Source: Malacoraja senta
Lineage: Eukaryota
Direction of reading: 5' to 3'
NCBI GenBank assembly: GCA_038087875.1
Contig: CM075999.1
Span: 4,528,001-4,592,000, forward strand
Length of the DNA: 64,000 nucleotides
Shown: piece after piece, positions 38,689 through 50,829 of the stretch
Layout of the letters: every line of letters starts with the position of its first letter
Position numbering within the stretch: the stretch's first letter is position 1
Notes under the pieces: generated by a model
What the model was told of the DNA's origin: nothing
Database searches by the model: none
Seen by the model: the letters and a program-made list of their open reading frames with translations, nothing else
Program-made: the position numbers and the translations under genes

Positions 38689-39567
38689 AGTATATTACCC
38701 GATTCAACATGTTTTAAGTAGTCATTATCAGGCAAATGAACCATCCTATCACCGACTAGAGAGCAGTCCTGACCAACCATCTACCTCATTGGAGAACCTC
38801 AGACTATCTTTAATCGGACTTTACCTTGCACTAAACGTTATTCCCTTCATCCTGTATCTGTACACTGTGGACAGCTTGATTGTAATCATGTAGTCTTTCC
38901 GCTGACTGCATTGCACGCAAAAAACATAGAAAAACAGGTGCAGGAGAAGTCCATTCGGCCCTTCGAGCCTTGACAAGGTTCATGGCTGATCATTTAAAAT
39001 CAGTAGCCTGTTCCTGCTTTTTCCCCATAAGAGCTAAATCTAACTCTTTCTTGAAAACACGAAAAGCTTTTCACTGGTAGACATAAAATGTTGGAGTAAC
39101 TCAGCGGGACAGGCAGCATCTCTGGAGAAAAGGAATGGGTGATGTTTCAGGTCGAGATCCTTCTTCAGACTTCTCGACCCGAAAGGTTACCCATTTCTTC
39201 TCTCCAGAGATGCTGCCTGTCCCGCTGAGTTACTCCAGCATTTTGTGTCTACAGTGTCTGCAGCTTTTCACTGTATCAGTACATGTGACAATAAACAAAA
39301 CTAGTTCTGCTCAGTAACCTCTTATGTGGGAGATCAACAAAACCTGTCTGAAAATCAAAATAAATAATATTCTCTTTATAGTTTTCTAATCTACCAGTTA
39401 CATCTTCAAAACACATATGAGGAAAGATTGGGCTTGTATTCACTGGAATTTAGAAGGATGAGAGGGGATCTTGTAGAAACATATAAAATCATAAAAGCAC
39501 TGGACAAGCTAGATGCAGGAAAAATGTTCCCAATGTTGGAGGAGTCCAGAACCAAGGCCACAGTCTA

Positions 39568-39987
39568 AGGCGCCCGCATAGCGGACAAAAACAGACTGGA
39601 CAAGCTGATCAGGAAGGCCGGCTCAGTGGTCGGGGCTGAGCAACTAACGGTCCAGCAGGTGGCAGAGGCCAGAACTCTGAACAAACTGGGTTCAATAATG
39701 ACCAACCCCACTCACCCACCACGCTCTGAAGGTGATCAAGAGCAGCATCTTCAGTCAGAGGCTGATTGCACCAATGTGCAAAACTGAGAGATATAGGAAG
39801 TCTTGTATACCAGCTGCTATAAGGTTTTATAATGCACAAAAATAATTTTGCATTTTTTAGTATTCATTCATTGTATTTAACTTATTAAGTATGGAAGCTA
39901 TCTGAGGAAATGTGTGGTGTTATGTCTGTCTTGACGCTGTTGTGGCACTGTAATTTCCTGTAAAGGATTATTAAAGGATCTATCTAA
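39568..39987 (+). mobile_element. Rex1/Babar-like LINE 3' fragment inserted in a CR1 3' end (39415-40255)
   Basis: RLDKLIRKAGSVVG...PAAIRFYN; ends ATTAAAGGATCTATCTA; CR1 sequence resumes on both sides. Confidence 0.65.
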
Positions 39988-41073
39988 AAGGGAGGCCATT
40001 TAAAACTGAGATGAGAAAAAACGTTTTCACCCAGAGTTGTTAATCTGTGGAATTCTCTGCCACAGAAGGCAGTGGAGGCCAATTCACTGAATGAATTTAA
40101 AAGAGTTAGATAGAACTCTTGGGGCTAGCGGAATCAAGGGGTATGGGGAAAAGGCAGGCACGGGTTATGATCAGCCATGATCACAATGAATGGCGGTGCT
40201 GGCTCGAAGGGCCGAATGGCCTCCTCCTGCACCTATTTTCTATGTATCTATCTATGCATCTAGTTCATATCCAGTGTGGATGACAAATAAGTACTCTTGA
40301 ACTTTATAAAGCACTGGTTACACGGCATTTGGGGTATTGTGTGCAGCTCTGGTCACCATATTATCAGAAGGATGTGGTTGCACTGGAGTGTACAGATGGG
40401 GGTTCACCAGTCTTTTGCGTGATTTGCTGGACTTTAGTTATGGGGAAAGATTGGATCGGCTGGGCTTGTTTTCCTTGCAGTACAAGAAGCTAAGCGGTGG
40501 CCTGGTAGAAGTAATATAAGATTATGAGAAGCATAGATAGAGTAGATAGTCAAGCTCTATTCCCCAAGATAGAGGTATCAAAAACAAGAGGGCAAAGACT
40601 AAGTAGAGAGGAAGGTGTTTTAAAGGTGATTGGAGGGTAAAGCATTTTTTTTTTAAGCATGAAGAAAGGTTGATCTAGCTCCCTCTGCCAGAGGAGGTGG
40701 AGTAATAAAATACGATGATCATATTTAAGAGATATTTAGATAGACACGGCATAGGCAAGATGTATGCAGGCAAATAGGATCAACATAGATGGGTAAAAAG
40801 GTCGGCATGGATGTGGTGGGCTAAAGCCCCATTTCTGTACAGTAAAACTCTATTAGACTAACAATTGCTATCAGTAACAGAAGAACCAATAGCAAGGAGT
40901 CCTGATCAAAGGATTGGTAGAGATTCCATAGCAAATGGGAAGGCGATAGTCAGGGGCTTTATAGAGGATATTTGATCTTTATCATGGGAACACTTGGTCA
41001 ATGACTCACAAATATCGACATTGAAACAACAAGACTTGGTCTTTCTGGTGTTAAAATGGAAATGGCATCTTAC

Positions 41074-41205
41074 CTGTTCTTGAACATCCTCAAACTCAGA
41101 GTTTAGTAGCTTAATAAAAATGGGAACAGCACCAGCCTCTATGACCACCTTGGTCTGGAGAGATGTTCCTGATGCTATATTTGTCAAAGCCCACGCTGCT
41201 TCAAA
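41074..41205 (-). CDS. KPNA6: Importin alpha-7 coding exon (ARM repeat)
   Basis: [44 protein letters not shown]; ttcaag/gtaaga; 132 nt. Confidence 0.95.
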
Positions 41206-41979
41206 CTTGAAAAGAAAAACAAAGTGAAAACCAACAAGTGAATATATCCTCCCAGTATCAACATTGTCAAGACTTCAAAGAATTTTGTACATTTCAATGA
41301 AGTCACATCTCATTCAGCTAAATTTGAACATATGAGCCGACATCCTAATGCCTCATGTGACAGGCCTGTCATCTCATAACCGATCCGACCATTGTGTTGT
41401 GCTCACTCTGTTGCAGGAAAGGAGATTAACTTTGTGCACAACACTCCAGATGTGGTTTCATCAAAGCTTAGCTGGCTGCACATTGCTCTGCAGTACCTTG
41501 TGTACAAGAAATTTCACACTCATTTGAACATTAACATTTCCCCATCTCTCATCATGTAAAATCTATGTATCATTTATTTTTTTATCGACAGAAGTGGATA
41601 ACTTTACATTTTTTGACATCATTCTCCATCTGCCACATTGCTGTCGGTGCAGCAAGACCTTGCTGTCGCTTCTCATCTTCACCATTAGCAGGACTTTTCC
41701 ATTCCGAGTGGTTTGGGACTTCCTTTCCTCTGTTCAAACCTTGTGCTTCAATCAATATTGGGTCATTCCTCAATTTTATTATTTCTGAAGCTTTTTTTAA
41801 ATTCTTGCTTCCTGTGCTCCAGCATAAGTCTCTAATAATGCTGTTCCACTACGGCACCTAATATTGGCATTATTAAGTCTATTTTTCCAAGCCACAATGA
41901 TATGTGACTTCAGGTTGTGATGTATTGATGCATCTGCTGATCATTTATCAGCCATGCTTGAATATTGTCTGTTTTTAGA

Positions 41980-42262
41980 CTTTTTTCTTTAGTCTTTAGA
42001 GATACAGCATGGAAACAGGCCCTTCGGCCCACCGACCAGCTATCACCATGTACACGAGGGACAATTTACAATTTTTTACCAAAGCCTATTAACCTTCAAA
42101 TCTGTTCGTCTTTGGAGTGTGGGAGGAAACCGAAGCACCCAGAGAAAACCCACACAGGTTACAGAGAGAATGTACAGCGAGATAGCACCTGTAGTCAGGA
42201 TCGAACCTGGGTCTCTGACGCTGTAAGGTAGCAGCTCTACTGCAATAGCATTGTGCTGCCCT
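41980..42262 (-). mobile_element. V-SINE (HE1-like)
   Basis: B-box GGTTCGATCC and V-core. Confidence 0.72.
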
Positions 42263-42604
42263 GCGTTGCATTGCAGAGAAAATAACCACTACATCTAGCC
42301 AACCATTTGAAGAATTATCCTGCCCACAGAGAGCAAGACAAATTCAATCTTGCCAAATTATAACTTCAGTAAATACACCGTCAATTCAAAGGGATAGAAA
42401 GTATTATCAACATTACATTCTCCAGCACTGAATGATCTGTTAATTGATCCCCTTCTAGTTCTCCCTGAACAATTAAATGTATCAAACAGTGGTACGCCCA
42501 CTTACCACATATAGGTCTGGTCACTACCTAGAAAGGTAGTGTCAAAAATGTGTCTAAATCTACCTTAAGGTAGTGTCTAAATTGTGTCTAAATCTATTTT
42601 TGTC

Positions 42605-43457
42605 GACGGGTGGCACTGCAAGCCGATAGCCTCACCAGCAGCTGTTCGTCCTTTCCACTTTTTTTTTGTTTTTAGTATGTCTAAAAGTGTGTTTTAGTGT
42701 GTTTAAGTGTGTTTTCGGGTGGTGGGGTGGGGGCAGGAATCGGGGGAAACTGTTTTTTAGTCACTTACCTCAGTTGAATGCGACTTTTCTCCAAGTTGCA
42801 TTTCGCCCTCCCTCGTGACCTAACAGCTTGGATTGGTGTGGCTTTTCCCAGAGTTGGGGCCTAGAGCTTCAGCAGCGGGCACAGCGTGGACTTTCCATCG
42901 CAAAGCTGGGCGATCCCTTGCCGGGGGTCGCCAGAAGAAGTACTCCGATCGCTGGCCCGCGGACTACGACATCGTGAAGTCGCGGTCTGCGGAGCTTCTA
43001 GCTGCGGGCGAGGCGTGGACTTTCCATCGGGGAGCCTGGGGTCCCTTGCCGGGGATCGCTGGAGAAGTGCTCTGACCGCCGGCCTGCGGCCTATAACATC
43101 GTGAAGCCCCGGTCTCCGGTAGGAAGCGGCCGATTCGGGACCTCCAAGCCGCGGAGTGTCCGTCCGTCCCGACTTCGGAGTTTCGAGCATCCCGACGAGA
43201 GGGCCTGTTCATCGGGCCATCCGTAGTGGCGACTGCGGAGGGTTCATGGCCCCGACCACGGATGAACAAAGGAGGACTGACTGAAAGTTATTGCCTTCCA
43301 CCACAGTGAAGAATGTTGATTCAACTGTGGTGGATGTTCATGTTATATTCTATTGTGTATTGTGCTCTTTTTGTTTGTATGGCTGCATGGTAAGTCAAAT
43401 TCCACTGTACCTAAATTGGTGCATGTGGCAATAAATGTGAACTTGAACTTGAACTTA
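42605..43457 (+). mobile_element. GC-rich non-autonomous retroposon with a (TTGAAC)n tail
   Basis: Ends CAATAAATGTGAACTTGAACTTGAACT; internal ~129-bp duplication at 42864-43110; 5' layout resembles 63795-64000. Confidence 0.5.
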
Positions 43458-45411
43458 AGTCTAAATAAAACATTAACAAGGATGTATCAAAATGAGAAAT
43501 TTTAATTAAGAAAATGGGTTAGGTCAAAGTTCCTTTTTTGCAAGAAAACATCAACAGATTTAATTGAGCAGATAAAATATGAAGGAATCTAGATAGAGTA
43601 GATAAGAAGGACTGGTTTACTTTGGAAGAAAACTCAATGACTAGGGGGTATATATTTGAAGTGATTATGGGAAAATGAGAGGGGCACTAAAAGTGTTCAC
43701 ACGAGGGTCTGATGGATCTGGACATTGGTCAAGAGTAGAGAAAAAGAAATGCTCATCACATTCATGAAGGAGTTACAAGAGACTGTGTGAGTTTACCATG
43801 CCCTACTATATGCCCATACATTCATGACTTTGCAGCCAAATTCTGCTCTAACTCCAATTACAGGTTTCTAGATACCACCGTGGTAGGCCGAATTTTAAAC
43901 AATGACGGGACAGAATACAGGGAAGAGATAGAAAGCTTAGTAGTAGGGAGTAAAGACAATAAACTCTCCCACAATGAAGCAGCTGGCCTTCAGGAAGCAG
44001 AGTGGAGTATACAAACCAGTCCGTATCGTATTCCAGTTCCAAAATGTAAATACCATCCACAGTGTGACCAGTAGGGATGTTATGTTATGGTCGTACAAGA
44101 TATTGGTGAGGCCGCACTCGGAGGACTGTGTTTAGTTTTCATCATACATTCATATTATTTGATCATTAAAGAGAAATGGCAGAGGAGTTGAATAACTTTT
44201 TTGCATCAGTCTTCACAGTGGAAGACACCAGCAACGTGCCTGAAATTCAAGAGAGTCGGGGGTGGGTTAGTGGAGTGGCTATTACTATGGAGGTGCTTGG
44301 GAAGCTGAAAGGGCTGAAGTGGATAAGTCAACCGGAGTGGATGGACTGCACACTAGGGTTCTGAAAGAGGTGGCTTTAGAGATTGTGGAGGCATTGATAG
44401 TGATATTTCAAGAATCACTGGAGTCAGGCGTGGTTCCAGATGATTTGAAAATTGCCAATATTACCCCGCTGCACAAGAAGGAAGCAAAGCAGAACAGTGG
44501 GAACTATAGGCCGGTTAGTCTGCCTGGTGGTTAGTCAGATTTTAGAAACATAGAAACATAGAAAATATGTGCAGGAGGAGGCCATTCGACCCTTCGAGCC
44601 AGCACCGCCATTCATTGTGATCATGGCTGATCGTCCCCTATCAATAACCCATGCCTGCCTTCTCCCCATTTTAGAGTGCACTACACCAAGTGGGACCCGT
44701 CCCCCAATGCGGGGGGGGGGGGGGGCATCACATGGGAGGGTTGGTCCCCGAACGTGGCGTCGGCGCTCCCCAGAGACAGGTGCCCCCGGAGCCAATCACC
44801 CCCATCACCCGTTCCCCCAACGGAACCCGTTCCCCCAACGCAACTCAGGCCCCCAACGTAACCCGGGCCGAGCCCAGCGAGAGGGGCTGAGCCGAGCGAG
44901 TGGGTGGGGGGGCCGACCCGAGCGAGCGGGATCGAGCTGAGTCGAGAATAGAAGCAAGGCAAGCCGTGCCCAGCGAGCAGGGGGGGGCCCGAGCCGAGCG
45001 AGCGGGATCGAGAAAGTGAATAAAAGCAAGGTTAATCTTTTTTTTTTAAACCGCAAGGTGTTTTAGAATAAATCTTATCTTTAAAGATGGTGAAAATGAA
45101 GCAGTCAGATGAGTACCTTATTCCTTGGAGCACAGGAGGCTCAGGGTTTATCTTATAAAGCTGTACATAATAATGAGGAGAACAGATAGAGTGAATTATT
45201 TTTCTGCAGGGTAGGAGAATGAAGAACTAGAGGAAGTTGGTTTAAGGTGATATGGGAAACTTGGGGGTCAGCTTTTTCCATAAAGGGTGGTGTGTACGAG
45301 GTGTTAGAGGAGGTACAATAACAACATGTAAACGATATTTGGTCTGTTACATGGATAGGAGTAGTTTAGAGGGATATGGGCCAAACACAGGCAAATGGGA
45401 CTAGCTTATGC

Positions 45412-46255
45412 TATGAGAATGCAGGGTGTCTTGGACAGGTTGGGGGAGTGGGCAGATGCATGGCTGATGAAGTTTAATGCGGATAAATGTGAGGTTATCC
45501 ACTTTGGTAGCAAAAACAGGAAGGCAGATTACTATCTAAATGGCGTCAAGTTGGGAAAAGGGGAAGTAAAACGGGATCTGTGGGTCCTTGTACATCAGTC
45601 TATGAAAGTAAGCATGCAGGTACAGCAGGCAGTGAAGAAAGCGAATGGCATGTTGGCCTTTATAACAAGAGGAATCGAATATAGGAGCAAAGAGGTCCTT
45701 CTGCAGTTGTACAGAGCCCTAGTGAGACCACACCTGGAGTATTGTGTGCAGTTTTGGTCCCCTAATTTGAGGAAGGACATTCTTGCTATTGAGGGAGTGC
45801 AGCGTAGGTTTACAAGGTTAATTCCCGGGCTTGTACACTCTGGAGTTTAGAAGGATGAGAGAGGATCTCATTGAAACATATAAGATTGTTAAGGGTTTGG
45901 ACACGCTAGAGGTAGGAAACATGTTCCCAATGTTGGGGGAGTCCAGAACCAGGGGCCACAGTTTAAGAATAAGGAACAAGCCATTTAGAACGGAGACGAG
46001 GAAACACTTTTTCTCACAGAGAGTGGTGAGTCTGTGGAATTCACTGCCTCAGAGGGCGGTGGAGGCAGGTTCTCTGGATGATTTAAAGAGAGAGCTAGAT
46101 AGGGCTCTTAAAAATAGCGGAGTCAGGGGATATGGGGAGAAGGCAGGAACGGGGTACTGATTGGGGATGATCAGCCATGATCACATTGAATGGCGGTGCT
46201 GGCTCGAAGGACCGAATGGCCTACTCCTGCACCTATTGTCTATTGTCTATTGTCT
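45412..46255 (+). mobile_element. 5'-truncated CR1 LINE
   Basis: LDRLGEWADAW...GYGEKAGTGY; (CTATTGT)n tail. Confidence 0.9.
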
Positions 46256-46514
46256 TAGATATTGCATCTTGGTTGGCACAAATGAGTTGGGCGGTTTCTG
46301 TATAACTCTATGATAGGTCAGGAATGTCCCAGCACAACTTTATAAAACATTGGTTTGGCCACAACTACAGTGCTTTGTATAATTCTTGCTACCAGATGCA
46401 GTAGGAAGGATATGATTGCACTGGAGAGCATTGCAAAGGAGATTCCCCAAGATGCTACCTGGAATGGAAGATTTCAGCTAAGGAGACTGTCCGTATAGGC
46501 TCAGTTTTTGATAA

Positions 46515-46830
46515 ATTGAATGGAAACAGGCCCTATGACCACCGAGTCCAGGCCGACCATCGATCACAGTTCCCATTAGTTCAATGTTATCTTACTTTGC
46601 TGCTAGTCTGTATATTGTCCCTACATACTCGAGGCAATTTACATAGGCCAATTAATCTACAAACCTGCAGGTCTTTGGGTCGTTCGAGTAAACTGGAGTA
46701 CCAGGAAACTCCCTTGGTCACGAGAAAGTGCAAACTCCAAACAGACAGCATCCGAGGTCGAAACCAGGATCGATCCCAGGTTTCTGATGCTGTGAGGCAA
46801 CTTCTTTATCAGCTGCGCCACAGTGCTGCA
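46515..46830 (-). mobile_element. V-SINE, degraded
   Basis: tRNA-like head and GTTTGGAGTTTGCAC V-core. Confidence 0.6.
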
Positions 46831-47154
46831 ATTTAATACATTTGGTGTTCCGGAGGCTGATGGAGGACCTGACAAACCTTTGCAAACTTATTAGGGGGAT
46901 AGATAGTATATATAGTATGAAACAATGGTCCATATATTACATATACAATTTACAAACTCAGGTAAAGGTTTATGTTTTTATATTTATGACTCTCCCTCTC
47001 AATTCTTTGCTGTTATGGAATAAAGAGGCAGCTTATACACCTCCAATCTATGCCACGTTTAAGTGCACAATCTTCAATCTGCATCTCAAGTCCCTTTTCT
47101 TACCAACCATAGCAAAGTATATTAAACCAAGCAATAAGACACTCCTCCCCTTTA

Positions 47155-47433
<279 letters not shown>

Positions 47434-48209
47434 TCACTAGCAGGCAGGATTAAGGTAAAGATGAAGACATTTACATCCCAACTTCAGTATCTGGACTAAA
47501 GAATAATCAGTGAAAAAGTAAGGCCTGTTAAGTCAATATGTGCAATATGTGTGGAACCAAAAGGTACAGGCGAGGCCAGAAATGAATACAATCTTTGGTG
47601 TTCACTAATGAAACAGACTTATTAGTTGCAGGATTGAGCAAAGGGGAAGATGAAATTTCACTGCCAGTCTCCATTCATAAAGAGGAAGTACTCCATGCTT
47701 TAGCGGGTTTAATAGTGGATAAATCCCAAGAGGCCAGATGAGATTTATCTCAGAATGCCACAGGACTCAAGAGATTGCTGGGACTCAGAGATTTTTTATT
47801 CTTCACTGGACACAAGTGACGTACCAGATGAATGGGGATTCACAAAAGTTGACCTCTTTTTCATGAAGCACAACAGGAAAAGGACTTGCAATTAACGACT
47901 TGCACTCTTTCTAGCTTAATGCCTTATTTCCTATAACAGGGAGACCAAAACTTAACACAATACTCACACCAATGCCTTGTACAACTGCAACATAACATCC
48001 CAACTTCGATACTCAATGCTCTTACAGACGAAGGCCAGCGTGCCAAAGCTGTCTTGACTATCTATCTAACAGTGACGTCACTTTCAGAGAAATAACAGCA
48101 CACCTGGTCTTCAACATTCCCCAATGCCCAACTATTCATTGTGAAAGTTGTACCCGAATTTGACATCCCAAAGTACAACACCTTCCACGTATCTGAATTA
48201 AACCCCATT

Positions 48210-48505
48210 TGTCATCTCTAACCTCATCTACTGCAGTTGCTGTTCCTGATGTTGCCTCCTGTACATTGGTGAGACCAAGCGTAGACTCGGCGACCGTTTT
48301 GCCGAACACACACTTCTGCTTAGGCCTACCGGATCTCTCGGATGCTAACCATTTAAACTCCCCTTGCCATGTCCACACTGACCTTTCTGTCCTAGGCCCC
48401 CTCCATTGCCAGAGTGAGGCCATACACAAACAAGAGGAACAGAACATCATATTCCGCTTGGGTAGCTTGCAACTCAATGGTATCAACATTGAATTCTCCA
48501 GTTTT
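48210..48505 (+). mobile_element. Penelope-like GIY-YIG endonuclease fragment
   Basis: LIYC...LLYIGETKRRLGDRFAEH...EEQNIIFRLGSLQLNGINIEFS. Confidence 0.8.
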
Positions 48506-48554
48506 AGTTTTTAACTATCCCATTTGAAATAATCTTTCACACCCCCCTGATAAA

Positions 48555-50295
48555 ATAGGCCGAAGTCAGCATGCCTTTGTGAAGGGGAGGTTTTGCTTGA
48601 CAAATTTGCTGGAATTCTTTGAAGAAGTAAATAGCAGGACAGACAAAGGAGAGCCAATAGATATTGTTTACTTAGATTTTCGGAAAGTCTTTGATAAGGT
48701 GCCACATGTGAGGCTGCTAAAGGGCCTGTCCCACTTTCACGACCTAATTCACGATCGTTTTTTACTCGTGGACATTTTTCATCATGCTAGAAAAAACGCC
48801 CCGACCTACTTGATGCCACGAGTACCTATGACTAGCATCACGGCCTGCTGCGACCTACCTACGACCTCCTACACCCATGCTGCGAGTTAAGGGCAAACTC
48901 GGCAGAGGTTGTGAATTAGGTCGTGAAGGTGGGACAGGCCCTTAAGGAAGATGAGAGCCCATGGTATCATTGGGCAGATACTAGCATGGATAGCAGGTTG
49001 GCTGGATGGCAGAAGACAAAGGGGGCTTTTTCTGGTTGGATGCCAGTGACTAGCGGAGTTCTGCAGGGGTCGGGGCTGGGGCCGCTACTCTTCACTTTGT
49101 AAATTAATGATTTGAACGAGGGGATTGAAGGCTTTATGGCCAAGTTTGCCATGATATGCAAACATGTTTCCTGCCTCCAGCGTGTCCAAACCCTTAACAA
49201 TTTTATATGTTTCAATAAGATTCCCTCTCATCCTTCTAAACTCCAGAATGTACAAGCCCAGCTGCTTCATTCTCTCAGCATATGACAGTTCCGCCATCCC
49301 GGGAATTAACCTTGTAAACCTACGCTGCACTCCCTCAATAGCAAGAATGTCCTTCCTCAAATTAGGGGACCAAAACTGCACACAGTACTCCAGGTGTGGA
49401 CTCACTATGGCTCTGTACAACTGCAGAAGGACCTCTTTGCTCCTATACTCGACTCCTCTTGTTATAGAGTGGGCAGAGAAGTGGCAGATGGAATCTAGTG
49501 TAGCAAAGTGCGGAGTCATGCATTTTGGTAGGAGGAATAAAGGCGTAGACTATTTTCCAAATGGGCAGAGAATCCAGAAATCGGAGGTGCAAAGGGACTT
49601 GGGAGTGCTGGTGCAGGATTCCCAAAAAGTTAAACTGCAAGTCGAATCGGTAGTAAAGAAAGTAAACTCAATGCTAGCATTTATTTCAAGAGGGCTTGTA
49701 TGCAAAAGCAGGGATGTAACGCAGAGGCTCTATAAGGCACTGGTAAGGCTGTATTTTGAATATTGTGAGCAATTTTGGGCACCATATCTGAGGAAGGATT
49801 TGCTGGCTCTGGAGAGGGTCCAGAGGAAGTTTACAAGAATGATCCCAGGAATGAGTAGGTTAACCTATGATGAGCATTTGTTGGTACTGGGCCTGTACTC
49901 GCTGGAGATTAGAAGAATGAGGGGGGAGCTCATTGAAACATACAGAGTAGTGAAAGGCTTGGATAGGATGTGGAGAGGATGTCTCCACTAGTGGGAGAGT
50001 GCAGGACTAGAGGTCATAGCCTCAGAATTAAAGGCCGTTCTTTTGGGAAGGAAATGAGGAGAAATTGATTTAGTTAGAGGGTGGTGAATCTGTGGAATTA
50101 TTTGCCACAGAAGGCTGTAGAGGCCAAGTCAGTGGATATTTTTTAAGGCAGAGATAGATAATTTATTGATTAGTACAGGTATAAGAGGTTATGGGGTGAA
50201 GGCAGGAGAATCATGTTAAGAGGGAAAGATAGATCAGCCATGATTGAATGGCGGAGTAGATGATGGGCTGAAGGGCCTAATTCTACTCACTTATG
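48555..50295 (+). mobile_element. CR1 LINE RT fragment carrying a Harbinger MITE and an inverted CR1 piece
   Basis: [32 protein letters not shown]...; CR1 3' end. Confidence 0.88.
48721..48942. mobile_element. PIF/Harbinger-type MITE, 222 bp
   Basis: ~32-bp TIR AGGGCCTGTCCCACTTTCACGACCTAATTCAC; TAA TSD. Removing it restores the CR1 sequence CTGC-TAA-GGAAGATG. Confidence 0.88.
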
Positions 50296-50829
50296 ACCCC
50301 TCATCCTCCCCTCCCCCCACCCCCCCCCTCCCCTGTGCCCTATCTGGACTCGCACCTATTTCTCCTCTCCCCTCTCCCTACATTCCTTTCTCTGGCTTCA
50401 CAATTCTTCATACCATTTGTTTTTTTATCTCTACCTTTGTCCAACCATCGCCCCTCGCCCTAGTTCATCTATTACCTGCAGCACCTTTCCAGCCCCTCCT
50501 CTCGTCAAGCTTGTTCTCCCCTCCCCGCACCATATTGGTGATATTGCATGACCCCCTGAGTTACTCCAGCACAATCTATACCACCTATTTTAGTGCCATC
50601 TGTAAATTTACTAAGCATGTCTTGCACATTCTCATCCAAACTGTTGATAGAAAAGACAAATAGCAATAGGCCAGCACCAAGCCCTGAGGCACACTACTAG
50701 TCACATGCTTCCAGTCTGAAAAGCTGTTCCTTCCACTATCATCCTCTGCTTCTGACCATCAAGCTAAAACTGTATCCAATTAGCTAGCTCTCCGTTGATC
50801 CATGCGATTTAACCTAAAGTAATCTACTT

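Noticed and set aside
49164..49991. 275-aa ORF as a novel gene
   Set aside because: Chance read-through from an antisense CR1 piece into a sense CR1 RT fragment.
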